This document shows, piece by piece, positions 63,213 through 64,000 of a DNA stretch of 64,000 bases (position 1 is the first letter of the stretch; each line of letters starts with the position of its first letter). Location of the stretch: positions 60,757,740-60,821,739 of the forward strand of contig NC_083401.1 in assembly GCF_020745735.1 (NCBI RefSeq), written 5' to 3'. The stretch comes from Hemiscyllium ocellatum. Its lineage: Eukaryota. The notes beneath the pieces are model-generated. The model was not told the origin of the DNA. It saw only the letters and a list, made by a program, of their open reading frames with translations, and did not search any database. A program made the position numbers and the translations under genes.

Positions 63213-64000
63213 CAGAGGAACCTTGATTATCCGAACACGATGGGTGGGCACTTTTCATTTGGATAACTGATTATTCAGTTAATTAATTTTCTCTGGGACT
63301 CGGGGTTTTCTGTGAAGTCCCGCTCCCCATTCAGGAGACTAGGCAGCAGAACACCGCACGCGAGCCCCACCGGCCGCCCCCAACTCCGCCCGTTCTTGCC
63401 CACCCCAACTCCATCTGCTCCTGCCCGCCTGCACCCCAAACCCATCCACCCCCAACCCACCCCAAACACCATCTGTCCCCACCTGCCCCCAATCCCGTTC
63501 GTCACCCTGCCCGCCCGTGTCCCCAACCTCATCTGCCCCTTGCTCATCCCCAACTCCGTCTGCCTGCCCTAACTCTGTCCACCAACCCTGTCCATCCCCC
63601 CAACCCCGCACCCCCGTCCACCCCAGCCAACGCGCACACCCACGTCCACCCCACCCCTGTCAGCTCCCCCCTCCACCCCAGGGCAGCCGGACTGTACACC
63701 AACAATAAGACTGCTGCTACCTTTGTGAGGTAAGTCTCCAAATAGCGCGCAGACACATCCTTTTACTGCAACTTTTTGACAGGTTCCACCTTTGCCCTGT
63801 ACAGGACAATGTTGGAGAAATTACCTGGGGAATGAGGGTTTAGGGTTCACTCCTATGTAGAACTCCAGGGAAAGTGTTGGGGGGGGGGGGGGGAGGGGGG
63901 AGAGGGTGGATGATCAGTCATTTGGACATGGTGCCTGGACTGTCCAGGACTGTTCTCGGCAGCATTTGAGTGAGCTGACTTCATTTTTAATCATCGTGTC
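63213..64000. mobile_element. Probable DNA transposon left end (TA-CAG start) with an internal C-rich degenerate repeat and a G-run
   Basis: TA|CAGAGGAACCTTGATTATCCGAAC; C-rich CCCCAAC-like units at about 63360-63680; poly-G at about 63879-63900. The right end is not in the window. Confidence 0.45.

Noticed and set aside
63275-63756. Gly- or Pro-rich ORFs
   Set aside because: They are by-products of a low-complexity C-rich tract.

Overview
This is vertebrate genomic DNA, almost certainly from an elasmobranch (shark or ray), as inferred from HE1-type tRNA SINEs, CR1/L2/L1 LINEs and Deu-domain SINE relics. Two host genes converge tail to tail. On the + strand are the last six coding exons of PDZD2: a 3.79-kb exon, then five small exons encoding a linker and the two C-terminal PDZ domains. 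All splice sites are GT-AG and all phases fit; the stop is at 40780-40782. On the - strand is a small two-exon gene that the ORF track does not assemble: 61331-61274 joined to 60027-59891. It encodes a 64-aa BH3-only protein resembling Noxa/PMAIP1, with Val at the normally invariant BH3 Leu. The rest is mostly transposable elements. The most striking repeat system is a Penelope-like (GIY-YIG) retroelement plus more than ten short non-autonomous hairpin or solo-arm derivatives in at least two clear families. These carry minimal hammerhead-ribozyme motifs showing base-pair covariation, have 11-17-nt target duplications, and end in short microhomologies with the target. All assignments come from reading the sequence and from recalled family consensus motifs; no database search was run.
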